A DNA stretch of 64,000 bases from Planctomycetaceae bacterium (lineage in GTDB: Bacteria; Planctomycetota; Planctomycetia; Pirellulales; UBA1268), in the NCBI GenBank assembly GCA_046075685.1, contig JBJTQP010000092.1, forward strand, positions 861 to 64,860. The letters are read 5' to 3'. A program made the translations under genes and the position numbers. The number at the start of each line of letters is the position of its first letter. Position 1 is the first letter of the stretch. Under the pieces are notes generated by a model. That model was given only the letters and a program-made list of their open reading frames with translations, searched no databases and was not told the DNA's origin. This document shows positions 19,881-28,997 of the stretch, piece by piece.

Positions 19881-21464
19881 ATGCGCGGCTTCGTCGTCGG
19901 GGCCTTGGTGGCCGGCGTGGTCGGCATGATGACTGCCGGTGGGGTCACCCTGCTGGCAGAGGAGACGGCCACCGACGTGACGCTCGATGCCGCCGCGGGC
20001 GACGAAGAGGCTTCCAGCCGCGACACGCAACCCGGCGCCGAGTCCGACCTCGCCGAGGAGGCGGAACCCGTCGCCGAGCCTGATGAGGGCCCTGCGACCG
20101 AGAGCACGGTCGCGGCACCGTCGGAACCTGCTGCAGGTCGATCCCGACGCGTCCGCCTGAAGCTCGACGTCATCGGTGAGATCTTCGCCCCGGCGGGGCG
20201 CGACGTGCCTCCGGTGCGGCGCCCCATCACCGTGGACGCGAGGTTCGACTTCGTCGAATCGTCGGTCGGCGCATCCGAGGCCGCCACGCGCCGCTACCGC
20301 GACGCCTCTGCCGACATCCGGGTGGATGACGCGCTGAGCAGGCTGCGACTGCCGGCGGAGGCCCGCGAGGTTCGTGTCATGGTCGTGGGGGCGACGCCGA
20401 TGCCCTACCTCGCAGCCGGGTTTTTGTCGCGCGACGAGTTTGACCTGCTCGAGACGCCGTTCGATCCGCTGCTGCTCGACCGCATCCTGCCCGACGATCC
20501 CGCCATTCCTGCTGACGGCACCTGGTCGATCGCCCCCGACACGGTCGCCGGACTCCTGGCGATCGACACCGTAGAATCCGGAGGCCTCGAGGCGCGGCTG
20601 CGGGAGGTGGTCGACGGTCTGGCCACCGTGTCGATTTCAGGAATCGTCGACGGTGCCGCCAACGGCGTGCCGACGCACGTCACCGTCGAGGGGTCCCTGG
20701 TGGCGGCGGCGAGCGAGACGGCGGCGGGCATGCGACTCGACCGCGGTGTGACGAGCCTGGCGATGACCATGCGGGAACGCCGCGAGGCCAGTCACGTCGC
20801 CCCCGGCTTCGACGTGGAGGCGAAACTCGCTGCTGCCGTCGCGCCGATCGAGCCGGAAGCGTTGGCGGCCAACGCCGATGCCGGAGGCCTTGCCGCGGAG
20901 AGCCGTCCGGGCGGCGTGGGCCGGCCGGGTTTTGTCTGGCAGCATGACGCGGCCGGACGGTACGACCTGGTGCACGATTCCCGCTGGCGGGTGATCGAGG
21001 ATGGTCCGGATGGTCTCGTGATGCGGCTGCTCGATCGCGGAGCCCTCGTCGCGCAGTGCGCGATCGTCGCCCTGCCCCGCGGGCCGGCGCAGTCGCCGGC
21101 CACGATCGCCGAGGTGGAGCGTGACCTCGAGCGGTCATTGGCGGGGCAGTTCGCCAGGTTCGAGCACTCCTCGGAGGCGGTCCGCAGCGACGGCACCCGC
21201 CTGGTGCGGGTGGTGGCCGGCGGCAGCGTGGACGGCCGGCCCTTTCGCTGGGCCCACCACGTGCTGACCAACGCCGCCGGTCAGCGGCTGGCGGCCACCT
21301 TCACGGTGGAGGAGGCGATGCAGAAGCGATTCGGGGAGACGGACCGGGACCTCGTGGACGGCCTCATGCTGCCCCCGCCGGCTGCAGGAGCGGAAACGGC
21401 CTCGTCTGCCGGGGGTGACGGCGACCGCGAGGCACGGCTGCCGCGGGAATCCCGGACGCCTTGA
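19881..21464 (+). CDS. Hypothetical membrane-anchored/secreted protein with an acidic N-terminal linker
   Basis: The ORF runs 19806-21464. The ATG at 19881 gives [26 protein letters not shown], a signal/anchor sequence. No domain was recognised. Confidence 0.6.
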   Translation: MRGFVVGALVAGVVGMMTAGGVTLLAEETATDVTLDAAAGDEEASSRDTQPGAESDLAEEAEPVAEPDEGPATESTVAAPSEPAAGRSRRVRLKLDVIGEIFAPAGRDVPPVRRPITVDARFDFVESSVGASEAATRRYRDASADIRVDDALSRLRLPAEAREVRVMVVGATPMPYLAAGFLSRDEFDLLETPFDPLLLDRILPDDPAIPADGTWSIAPDTVAGLLAIDTVESGGLEARLREVVDGLATVSISGIVDGAANGVPTHVTVEGSLVAAASETAAGMRLDRGVTSLAMTMRERREASHVAPGFDVEAKLAAAVAPIEPEALAANADAGGLAAESRPGGVGRPGFVWQHDAAGRYDLVHDSRWRVIEDGPDGLVMRLLDRGALVAQCAIVALPRGPAQSPATIAEVERDLERSLAGQFARFEHSSEAVRSDGTRLVRVVAGGSVDGRPFRWAHHVLTNAAGQRLAATFTVEEAMQKRFGETDRDLVDGLMLPPPAAGAETASSAGGDGDREARLPRESRTP

Positions 21465-21633
21465 CGCTGCCCCGATTCAGGGCGACACTCCTTCGGCTGC
21501 GGTAATGCCCTTCCGCCCGCGTCGGGGCGCGGCTGCAGCACGAGTTCGACAGGAGATCCGCCGGCCCGGGGTGCGAGCAGCACGACGTCCTTCCGGCAGG
21601 CGATCATCCGATCCGCGGCCGGAGGCGTCAGTC

Positions 21634-22134
21634 ATCGAGAAGCAGCATCGCATCAACGAGCAGATCCGGATCAGTCCGATCCGGGTCATCTCCGCCGACG
21701 GCGGGCAACTCGGAATCATCCCCACCGAGGAGGCGATGAGCCTCGCTCGAGAGGCCGGGCTTGATCTGGTGGAGGTGGCGCCCAACGAGAAGCCGCCCGT
21801 CTGCCGGATCATGGACTTCGGCAAGTTCAAGTACCAGCAGAAGAAGAAGCACCACAAGACGCACGTTCATCACGCGAAGATCAAGGAGATCCGCCTTCGT
21901 CCCAAGACGGGCGAGCACGACATCGAGTTCAAGGTCAACCAGGCGAAGGGCTTCCTGCTGCACAAGGACAAGGTGATCGTCTCGGTGGTGTTCCGCGGCC
22001 GCGAACTCGCCCACATCGACGAGGGGCAGCGGGTCATGAAGCAGATCGTGGAGCAACTCGAACCCGTCAGCAAAGTCGAGGCGCCGCCGCAGCAGATGGG
22101 CCGTCGTCTCGTCTGCACGCTCGCCCCGAAGTGA
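21634..22134 (+). CDS. infC: Translation initiation factor IF-3; start codon uncertain, probably non-AUG
   Basis: [68 protein letters not shown] is a classic IF-3 sequence. There is no ATG, GTG or TTG in frame near the conserved N-terminus. An in-frame ATC at 21634 lies 8 nt after GGAGG (21621-21625). The only ATGs (21415, 21505) add 43-73 Arg-rich residues, and the 21415 ATG would also overlap the previous gene. Confidence 0.85.
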   Translation: MEKQHRINEQIRISPIRVISADGGQLGIIPTEEAMSLAREAGLDLVEVAPNEKPPVCRIMDFGKFKYQQKKKHHKTHVHHAKIKEIRLRPKTGEHDIEFKVNQAKGFLLHKDKVIVSVVFRGRELAHIDEGQRVMKQIVEQLEPVSKVEAPPQQMGRRLVCTLAPK

Positions 22135-22189
22135 TCAGCCCCCCACTCACGCACAGACCAACCCGGACACCAGCACGAGGAGACACGCG

Positions 22190-22393
22190 ATGCCGAAGCA
22201 GAAGACCCACAAGGGCGTGAAAAAGCGTTTCCGGATCACCGCCACCGGCAAGGTGAAGCACCGCCGCGCGGGCACGAGCCACCTGCAGGTGCGTCTCACC
22301 GCCAAGCGGAAGCGGAAGCTCCGCGGCACCGGCGTGCTCGCCGAAAGCGACGTGCACCGCATCCACGACGCGCTCGGCAAGTACAGCTACTGA
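22190..22393 (+). CDS. rpmI: 50S ribosomal protein L35
   Basis: MPKQKTHKGVKKRFRITATGKVKHRRAGTSHL..., 67 aa, in the canonical position after infC. Confidence 0.95.
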   Translation: MPKQKTHKGVKKRFRITATGKVKHRRAGTSHLQVRLTAKRKRKLRGTGVLAESDVHRIHDALGKYSY

Positions 22394-22415
22394 ATTCACG
22401 CTCGCACTGCCATCC

Positions 22416-22585
22416 TGGCCAGTGCGAGCTGATGTTTGCTCGCCCTCCAGGCTCGCGGTTTCGCGCCCGGTGCCAGTCCTCTCCTCCGCTTTGGCCAGTG
22501 CGAGCTGATGTGCGCTCGCCCTCCAGGCTCGCGGGTTCAGACCGGGGTCCGGCCCATACTCCTCCGTGGCCAGTGCAGGCTGCGG
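22416..22585 (+). repeat. Tandem 75/76-nt repeat (about 2.3 copies) with internal hairpins, in the rpmI-rplT spacer
   Basis: Copies start at 22416, 22492 and 22567, each beginning TGGCCAGTGC. The first 43 nt of copies 1 and 2 differ at only 2 positions. Each copy carries GCGAGC-N8-GCTCGC plus a second GCTCGC and CCTCC tracts. Confidence 0.75.
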
Positions 22586-22674
22586 TCCGGCGGTCGGGGG
22601 CACGCGCATGAGCCCGGCGCGTTTTGTGCCCCGCAGTGGCCGCAAGGTTCCGTCCGGGTGGTGAACTCACAAAA

Positions 22675-22720
22675 CCCGCCGGCGAAGAGCATGCCACCGC
22701 CGCCGGGCCGCTTTTCCGTT
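22675..22720 (+). terminator. Candidate intrinsic terminator inside the rpmI-rplT spacer
   Basis: CCCGCCGGCG (22675-22684) pairs with CGCCGCCGGG (22698-22707) with 1 mismatch and a 13-nt loop, followed by CCGCTTTTCCGTTTG. Confidence 0.3.
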
Positions 22721-22885
22721 TGATCCGCGAGTCCGCGACAGACCTGCTCGCGGCCCACCGTCCGAATCCCGAGCCGAAAACCCGCTTTCCCACCCAGCGC
22801 CCTTGCATTTCCGCCGATTCACGCCAGATTTTAGGGTTCCCCAGTCCGGGCCCCAGCGGCCCCCAGCCGAGCCAGGTTTCGAGCC

Positions 22886-23263
22886 ATGCGTACCAAGAGC
22901 GTCGTTCCGCGTCTGCGTGCCAAGAAGCGTCTCTTCAAGCGGGTCAAGGGTTCCGTCGGCGGTCGCCGCCGCCTGCTTCGCACCGCCAAGGAGGCGATCA
23001 TCCGCGCCGGCGTCTATGCACGTCGGGATCGGCGGCGCAAGAAGCGCGACTTCCGTCGGCTGTGGATCGTGCGGCTCAACGCCGCCTGCCGCGAGCGGGG
23101 CTTCCGTTACAGCCAGTTGATTGCCGGGCTCGAGAAGATCGGCTGCGAACTCGATCGCCGGACGCTCGCCGAGATGGCGGTGCTCGATCCCAGCGGATTC
23201 GACGTCGTGGCCGCCGAGGTCCGCAAGGCACTCGGCCTGCCGGAGCCGGCCGCGGTCGCGTGA
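22886..23263 (+). CDS. rplT: 50S ribosomal protein L20
   Basis: MRTKSVVPRLRAKKRLFKRVKGSVGGRRRLLRTAKEAIIRAGVYARRDRRRKKRDFRRLWIVRLNAA, 125 aa. Confidence 0.95.
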   Translation: MRTKSVVPRLRAKKRLFKRVKGSVGGRRRLLRTAKEAIIRAGVYARRDRRRKKRDFRRLWIVRLNAACRERGFRYSQLIAGLEKIGCELDRRTLAEMAVLDPSGFDVVAAEVRKALGLPEPAAVA

Positions 23264-23267
23264 CCCC

Positions 23268-24287
23268 GTGACAGGCGTGCCGCTCGACACGTTCCGCGCC
23301 GAACTGGAGCGGCTGCGGGCCGACGCTGATGCCGCGCTCGGGGCGGCGGTCGACGCTGTGGCGCTGGAGTCGTGCCGGATCGAGTTTCTCGGCGCCAAGA
23401 GCGGCCGCCTCAAGGCGATCCAGAAGTCGCTGGGCGGGCTCGCGCCGGCCGACAAGCCGGCGGGTGGCAAGCAGTTCAACGACACGAAGAACGCGATCAC
23501 CGCATCCTTCGAGGCCGCCCAGGCGCGCGTGGCGACAGGCGGTCTCGGATCAGCGGCCTCGGCGATCGACGTCACGCTTCCGGGTGACGAAATCCGCCTG
23601 GGCCATCGGCATCCGATCACGCGGACGATCCGTCGCGTCCAGGAGATCATGGGCCGGCTGGGCTTCGAGAGCGTTGATGGTCCCGAGATCGAGGACCAGT
23701 GGCACAACTTCGAGGCCCTGGCGATCCCGGCGGAGCACCCCGCCCGTGACCCGCTCGACAATTTCTACCTCGCGGTCGCCCGCGGTGCCGATCCGCTGCT
23801 CCTGCGGTCGCAGACCAGCACGGTGCAGATCCGCGTCATGGAGAGCCGCGAGCCGCCGCTGCGGATCGTGTCGCTGGGCCGCGTGTACCGCCCGGATACG
23901 GCCGACGCCACCCACTACCCGATGTTTCACCAGGTGGAGGGCCTGCTCGTCGAACCCGGCATCACGATGGCCCACCTCAAGAGCGTGCTGCGGATGTTCG
24001 CCTCCAGCTTCCTGGGCGGAGATGTGAAGGTGCGGTTTCGGCCGTCGTTCTTCCCGTTCACCGAGCCGAGCGTCGAGGTCGACATGGAGTGGGGCGGCCG
24101 CTGGGTCGAGATGGGCGGAGCCGGCATGGTGGATCCCGCCGTGCTGCAGGCGGTGGGCTACGACCCCGATACGGTCACCGGGTTCGCCTTCGGCCTGGGG
24201 GTGGAGCGGATCGCCGCACGCCGCCATGGGGTCGCCGACATCCGCGACTTCTACCGCAACGACGTCAGGTTCCTGAGGCAGTTCTGA
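23268..24287 (+). CDS. pheS: Phenylalanine--tRNA ligase alpha subunit
   Basis: A GTG start at 23268 gives 339 aa. HPITRTIRRVQEIMGRLGF, FEALAIPAEHPARD, LLRSQTSTVQIR, YRPDTADATHYPMFHQVEGL and FFPFTEPS are present. The ATG at 23121 lies inside rplT in another frame. Confidence 0.9.
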   Translation: MTGVPLDTFRAELERLRADADAALGAAVDAVALESCRIEFLGAKSGRLKAIQKSLGGLAPADKPAGGKQFNDTKNAITASFEAAQARVATGGLGSAASAIDVTLPGDEIRLGHRHPITRTIRRVQEIMGRLGFESVDGPEIEDQWHNFEALAIPAEHPARDPLDNFYLAVARGADPLLLRSQTSTVQIRVMESREPPLRIVSLGRVYRPDTADATHYPMFHQVEGLLVEPGITMAHLKSVLRMFASSFLGGDVKVRFRPSFFPFTEPSVEVDMEWGGRWVEMGGAGMVDPAVLQAVGYDPDTVTGFAFGLGVERIAARRHGVADIRDFYRNDVRFLRQF

Positions 24288-24291
24288 CGCC

Positions 24292-26352
24292 ATGATCATC
24301 TCCACGAACTGGCTGGCCGACTACGTGCAGGTGCCGGGCGCCATCGACGACATGGTCGAGCGGTTGCTGATGGCGGGGCTGAACCACGAGTCGACGACGA
24401 CCGTGGGCGGCGATACGGCGGTCGAGCTCGAGGTCACGAGCAACCGCCCCGACTGCCTCGGGCACATCGGCGTGGCCCGCGAGGTGGCGGCGCTCTTCGG
24501 CCGGCCGCTTCACGTGCCCGATCCGCGGCCGCTCGAGGGCGACGGTGCGGCGGCGGAGAGCGTCGCCGTGGAAATCCGGGCCCCCGACATCTGCCCCGCC
24601 TACACCGCCCGTGTGATCCGCGGCGTGACGGTGGGGCCGAGCCCGGCGTGGCTGGTGGACCGCCTGGCCACGGTGGGCGTGGCGAGCGTCAACAACGTCG
24701 TCGACGTCACCAACTACGTGATGCTCGAGTGCGGTCAGCCGCTGCACGCGTTCGACCTGGCGAAGATCCGCGGCGGACGGGTGATCGTGCGACGGGCTCT
24801 CGCCGGCGAGCCCTTCGTCGCGATCAACCACAAGACGTACACGCTCGACGAGCGGATGTGCGTGATCGCCGATGCGGAGCGGCCGGTGGCCCTGGCCGGC
24901 GTGATGGGGGGCGCCGACACGGAGATCTCCGCCACCACCGTCGACGTGCTGCTGGAGTCGGCCCAGTTCGCCCCGCTGCCCGTGCGGGCGGCTGCCCGGG
25001 GGCTCGTGCTCGCGAGCGGATCGTCGTATCGCTTCGAGCGGGGGCCCGATCCCGCGATGGTGGACTGGGCGAGCCGGCGGGCGGCGGCGCTCGTGCTGGA
25101 GATCGCCGGGGGCAGGCTGGAACGCGGGGCGGTGGTGGCGGGCGAACTGGCCTGCGCGCCTGCCATCGTGGGGCTGGCCGCCGAGCGGGTCGGGGAAGTG
25201 CTGGGCGTCGAGATCGCGGATGCCCGTCAGCGGCAGATCCTCACCGCGCTGGGGTTCGTCCAGGAGCGGGGCGGTGCGGCTCATGACCACCGCTGGCGGT
25301 CGCCCACGTGGCGGCGGGACTGCTGGCGGGAAATCGACCTCGTCGAGGAGATCGCCCGCATCGAAGGCTACGGGCACGTTCCGGAAGATGCCGTGATCGC
25401 CGCGCGGCCGATCGAACTCTCCGACCGCGAGCGGACGATCCGCCGTGCGGAGGAGGTGCTCGTCGGTGCCGGCCTCTGCGAGGCGCTGACGCGGAGCGTG
25501 GTCGCGGAAGGCACCGCCGCTGTGGAGAGCCCCTGGGGCGACGCGGCGCCGCTGGCGATTTCGCCGCCGCTGGTCCGTGGGGCGGATCGGCTGCGCCGCA
25601 GCCTCGTGCCGAGCCTGCTGGAGGCGCGGGGCGGAAACGTTGCGGTGGGCGTCGACGACGCCGACCTGTTCGAGATCGCCCGGGCCTACCTCGCGCGTCC
25701 GGCGGGCCGCGAGTCGGCCGCCGGCCCCGTCGAGGAGCCGCTGCTCGCGGGCCTGGTGATCGGGGGCGAGTTTGCCCGGGCCAAGGGCGTGTGCGACGCC
25801 GTGCTCGCCGCGATCGGCTGCGCGGTGCGCGATACCCGGCTCGAGTATCGGCCGATCGCGCTGGCGGCCTTCTCCCCTGGCCGCGTGGCGGAGGTGGTGC
25901 TGCATCGGCCGGGCCATGCCGCCGAGCGGGTGGCCATCGTCGGCGAGGTCGCGGCTGCGACCGCAGCGGGATTCGGGCTCTCGGGTGCCGTGTCGGCCGC
26001 CGAGATCCGGCTCGACCGGCTGACGTGGGCGGCATCCCTCGAGGCACCGCTCGTGAGGCCGAGCGAGTATCCGGCTGTTCAGCGTGACGTGAACCTCGTG
26101 GTCGATGAGGCGGTTGCCTGGGGCGGAGTGGCGGCGGCGATTCGTGCGGCCGGCGGCGACGTCCTCGAAGGCTGCCGGCTCGTGCAGGTCTGGCGCGACG
26201 GCGAGCGGCTCGGCGCCGGCCGCAAGAGCTTCGTCGTGGCGCTGGCATTCCGCAAAGCCACGGGCACGCTGTCGGGCGACGAGTCGTCGCGACTCGTGGA
26301 TGCGATCGTGGCCGAATGCGGCCGCCGCACGGGAGCGGCGCTTCGCAGCTGA
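24292..26352 (+). CDS. pheT: Phenylalanine--tRNA ligase beta subunit (short form, 686 aa)
   Basis: MIISTNWLADYV...LEVTSNRPDCLGHIGVAREVAA...B3/4 and B5 regions, and a C-terminal FDX-ACB-like end (YPAVQRDVNLVV...SFVVALAFR). It starts 4 nt after pheS. Confidence 0.9.
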   Translation: MIISTNWLADYVQVPGAIDDMVERLLMAGLNHESTTTVGGDTAVELEVTSNRPDCLGHIGVAREVAALFGRPLHVPDPRPLEGDGAAAESVAVEIRAPDICPAYTARVIRGVTVGPSPAWLVDRLATVGVASVNNVVDVTNYVMLECGQPLHAFDLAKIRGGRVIVRRALAGEPFVAINHKTYTLDERMCVIADAERPVALAGVMGGADTEISATTVDVLLESAQFAPLPVRAAARGLVLASGSSYRFERGPDPAMVDWASRRAAALVLEIAGGRLERGAVVAGELACAPAIVGLAAERVGEVLGVEIADARQRQILTALGFVQERGGAAHDHRWRSPTWRRDCWREIDLVEEIARIEGYGHVPEDAVIAARPIELSDRERTIRRAEEVLVGAGLCEALTRSVVAEGTAAVESPWGDAAPLAISPPLVRGADRLRRSLVPSLLEARGGNVAVGVDDADLFEIARAYLARPAGRESAAGPVEEPLLAGLVIGGEFARAKGVCDAVLAAIGCAVRDTRLEYRPIALAAFSPGRVAEVVLHRPGHAAERVAIVGEVAAATAAGFGLSGAVSAAEIRLDRLTWAASLEAPLVRPSEYPAVQRDVNLVVDEAVAWGGVAAAIRAAGGDVLEGCRLVQVWRDGERLGAGRKSFVVALAFRKATGTLSGDESSRLVDAIVAECGRRTGAALRS

Positions 26353-26363
26353 AGGAGCGAACC

Positions 26364-28997
26364 ATGTCGCTGCTTGTGGCCGGCCTGGTGGCGGCGGTGA
26401 CCTCCGCGACAGTCATTGAGCCTCCGGTGGAGACGATTCCCGGGATCGTCATTCACCATGTGCCGGCCGCAACGAAAACGTTCGTGGGCTCCCCGAGCCT
26501 TGCGATCATGCCCGACGGCACGTACGTTGCGAGCCACGACCTGTTCGGGCCAGGAAGCAGCGAGTGGACGTCGGCTGTGACCGAGGTGTTCCGTAGCCGG
26601 GATCGCGGAGCAACGTGGTCACCTGTCGCGCGCGTGCAGCCGGCCTTCTGGTCCGGGTTGTTCGTGCACGGGGGAAGCCTCTACCTGATGGGCACCACGC
26701 ACCACCATGGCCGGATCGTGATCCGCCGGAGCGACGACGGGGGCGCGACCTGGACCACGCCTGATTCGGAGACGACCGGTCTGCTCACCGAGGACGGTGC
26801 GTACCACACTGCTCCCATGCCGGTTCTCGTGCATGGCGGTCGCGTCTGGCGGGCGTTCGAGGATGCCGGTGGAGGTACGGAGTGGGGAAAGCGCTATCGG
26901 GCCATGATGTTGTCGGCCGCGGACGACGCCGACCTGCTTGACCGCCGCAACTGGACGTTTTCCAACACCCTGGCGCGAGATCCGAACTGGCTCAAGGGCC
27001 GCTTCAACGGCTGGCTCGAGGGCAACGCGGTGGTCGGCGGCGACGGCCGCGTGTTCGACATGCTCCGCGTCGATGCGCCGGGAACGGAGCAGGCGGCGCT
27101 CGTGGAGGTGTCGGCGGACGGCCGCCGGGTGGAGTTCGATCCCGAGCGTGGATTCGTGGAGTTTCCCGGTGGGGCAAAGAAGTTCGCAGTCCGCCGCGAT
27201 CCGCGGTCAAAGACGAAGGACGAGCCGCCGGTATGGTGGACGCTCGCGTCGGTGGTCGCTCCGGTCGACGCCGGCCGCATGCCCCCTGGGGCGATCCGCA
27301 ACACGCTTGCCCTGATGCGGTCGGACGATCTGCGGCACTGGGAGATGCGATCGATCGTGCTGCACCATCCCGACGTGACCAGGCATGGCTTCCAGTACGT
27401 CGACTGGTTGTTCGACGGGGATGACCTCGTGGCCGTCAGCCGCACGGCGCACGATGACGCCAAGGGGGGCGCCCCGCGGGCGCACGACGCCAACTATCTG
27501 ACCTTTCATCGGTTCGCTGACTTTCGTGATCGGGTGCTCGCTGATTCCGTCGTCGACCCGGCGACCCTCGGCTGGCCGGCCGCCGGCAGCACGAAGGGGG
27601 CAGCGGCTGCGACGGCCGCTCCACGATCGCCCAACGTGGTCGTGATCGTGGCCGACGACCTCGGCTGGCGGGACCTCGGCTGCACCGGCAGCCCCTGGCA
27701 CAGCACACCCCGGATCGACGGCCTCCGTGCGGCCGGGATGCTCTTCACCGAAGCGCACGCCGCGGCGCCGATCTGCTCGGCGTCGCGTGCCGCGCTGCTC
27801 ACGGGCCTGGCGCCCGCGCGGCTTCACTACGAGTTCGTGCCCAAGTGGCAGCCGGGCCGGCAGGTGGGTGATCACGTGCTCCGCACGCCCGACTACCCGC
27901 TGGAGATGCCGGCTGCGACGCCGACAGTGGCGACGGCGCTGGCGGCCGCCGGCTACCACACGGCCTTCGTCGGCAAGTGGCACCTGAACCGCCACCACGG
28001 CCGCTACCTCGGCTGGCTGCCGGGCCATGGGCCGGAATCGTTTGGTTTCGCGTCCACCGCCGACGATGCCGTGCCCGGCGGGATCGTGCCGCGGGCAGTG
28101 CGCATGCTCGCAGAGGCCCCGGGCGATCGGCCCTTCCTGCTCTGGGTGTCGCACACGCTGGTCCACGACCCGTTCACGAAGGGAAGCGAACCACGGGTGG
28201 CCCACCATCGGGCCCGTTTCGCTGCGGAGGGCGTCGTCCGGGGGCTCGATGAGCGGGCCCATTTCGCCGCAATGGTCGAGTCGCTCGACGATGACGTCGG
28301 CCGCCTGCTCGACGCCCTCGAACGACACGGCATGGCCGATCACACGATCGTCGTATTCACCAGCGACAACGGGGGCCATCCCGCCGTCTCGACCCGGGCG
28401 CCCCTGCGGGGCTCGAAGTGGAACCTCTACCAGGGAGGCGTCCGTGTGCCGCTGATCATTCGCTGGCCGGGCGCGGCGGCGGAGGGGACCGCGTCGGCCG
28501 TGCCGGTGATCGGCACCGATCTCGCGGCGACGATTCTCGAGGCCTGCGGCGTGGAATCGCTTCCACGCACCGACGGTCGCAGCCTCGTGCCGCTGCTGGC
28601 GGGAGATCCGGCGAGGCCCTGGGATGAGCGGCCGCTTGTCTGGCACTACCCGTTCTACTCGCCTGAGACCAACTTCACCGCGGCCCTGCCGACGATCGGC
28701 GTGGACGACGGCGGCCTGCAGCAGGTGAGGCCGCACGCGGCCATCCGTGTGGGAAGCAGCAAGCTCATCCACTGGTTCGAGGACGGCAGCCGCGAGTTGT
28801 ACGACCTCGTCACCGACCCGTCAGAGGCCGAGGACCGCGCGGCGGATCAGCCCGCGCAGGCGGCGGTGCTCGAAGATCGGCTCCTGGCGACACTCCGCGA
28901 CTGGGAGGCACGGCTGCCGGCGATCAGGGTTCCGGGGGACGCGCCGCTCTGGTCAACGCCGAATGCCGCCGATACTCCCGCGGCGACCTCCCCATGA
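26364..28997 (+). CDS. Fusion protein: N-terminal BNR/Asp-box sialidase-like beta-propeller plus C-terminal S1 sulfatase
   Basis: AAGGAG lies upstream of the ATG at 26364, and a signal-like N-terminus follows. Asp-boxes SRDRGATW and SDDGGATW are present, then VVIVADDLGWRDLGCTG...PICSASRAALLTG (Cys-type sulfatase motif, C-x-A-x-R variant), GKWHLN and TSDNGG. Confidence 0.85.
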   Translation: MSLLVAGLVAAVTSATVIEPPVETIPGIVIHHVPAATKTFVGSPSLAIMPDGTYVASHDLFGPGSSEWTSAVTEVFRSRDRGATWSPVARVQPAFWSGLFVHGGSLYLMGTTHHHGRIVIRRSDDGGATWTTPDSETTGLLTEDGAYHTAPMPVLVHGGRVWRAFEDAGGGTEWGKRYRAMMLSAADDADLLDRRNWTFSNTLARDPNWLKGRFNGWLEGNAVVGGDGRVFDMLRVDAPGTEQAALVEVSADGRRVEFDPERGFVEFPGGAKKFAVRRDPRSKTKDEPPVWWTLASVVAPVDAGRMPPGAIRNTLALMRSDDLRHWEMRSIVLHHPDVTRHGFQYVDWLFDGDDLVAVSRTAHDDAKGGAPRAHDANYLTFHRFADFRDRVLADSVVDPATLGWPAAGSTKGAAAATAAPRSPNVVVIVADDLGWRDLGCTGSPWHSTPRIDGLRAAGMLFTEAHAAAPICSASRAALLTGLAPARLHYEFVPKWQPGRQVGDHVLRTPDYPLEMPAATPTVATALAAAGYHTAFVGKWHLNRHHGRYLGWLPGHGPESFGFASTADDAVPGGIVPRAVRMLAEAPGDRPFLLWVSHTLVHDPFTKGSEPRVAHHRARFAAEGVVRGLDERAHFAAMVESLDDDVGRLLDALERHGMADHTIVVFTSDNGGHPAVSTRAPLRGSKWNLYQGGVRVPLIIRWPGAAAEGTASAVPVIGTDLAATILEACGVESLPRTDGRSLVPLLAGDPARPWDERPLVWHYPFYSPETNFTAALPTIGVDDGGLQQVRPHAAIRVGSSKLIHWFEDGSRELYDLVTDPSEAEDRAADQPAQAAVLEDRLLATLRDWEARLPAIRVPGDAPLWSTPNAADTPAATSP

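Noticed and set aside
21415-21633. The ATG at 21415 (or 21505) as the infC start, as given by the ORF track.
   Set aside because: These starts would add 43-73 Arg-rich, non-conserved residues, and the 21415 ATG would overlap the preceding gene by 50 nt. IF-3 homology starts only at ~21640, with a GGAGG just upstream. I keep it as an alternative, not the preferred model.
22525-22560. GGTTCAGACC, a T-loop-like sequence suggesting a tRNA in the rpmI-rplT spacer.
   Set aside because: No acceptor, D or anticodon stems can be drawn around it. It is part of repeat copy 2.
22416-22585. Regularly spaced 75/76-nt repeats, considered as a possible CRISPR array.
   Set aside because: There are only about 2.3 copies, and the inter-repeat segments are themselves homologous, so this is a tandem duplication rather than a repeat-spacer array. 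No cas genes are present, and the repeat length and period do not fit CRISPR.
22803-22833. TTGCAT followed ~17-19 nt later by AGATTTTAG, considered as a sigma-70 promoter for rplT.
   Set aside because: The -10 candidates match TATAAT at one or two positions at most, and promoter consensus for this lineage is unknown to me. I did not call it as a feature.
24292-26352. The short PheT (686 aa versus ~790-800 aa in many bacteria) as a possible truncation or pseudogene.
   Set aside because: The ORF is intact from a start 4 nt after pheS through a normal C-terminal anticodon-binding-like domain. The missing part corresponds to the optional N-terminal OB/tRNA-binding module, which is likely a lineage trait.
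27750-27800. The sulfatase active-site peptide CSASR (Ala instead of Pro) as evidence of an inactive sulfatase.
   Set aside because: C/S-x-P/A-x-R is an accepted variant of the formylglycine motif. The surrounding metal-binding and catalytic motifs (DDLG, GKWHLN, SDNGG) are intact.
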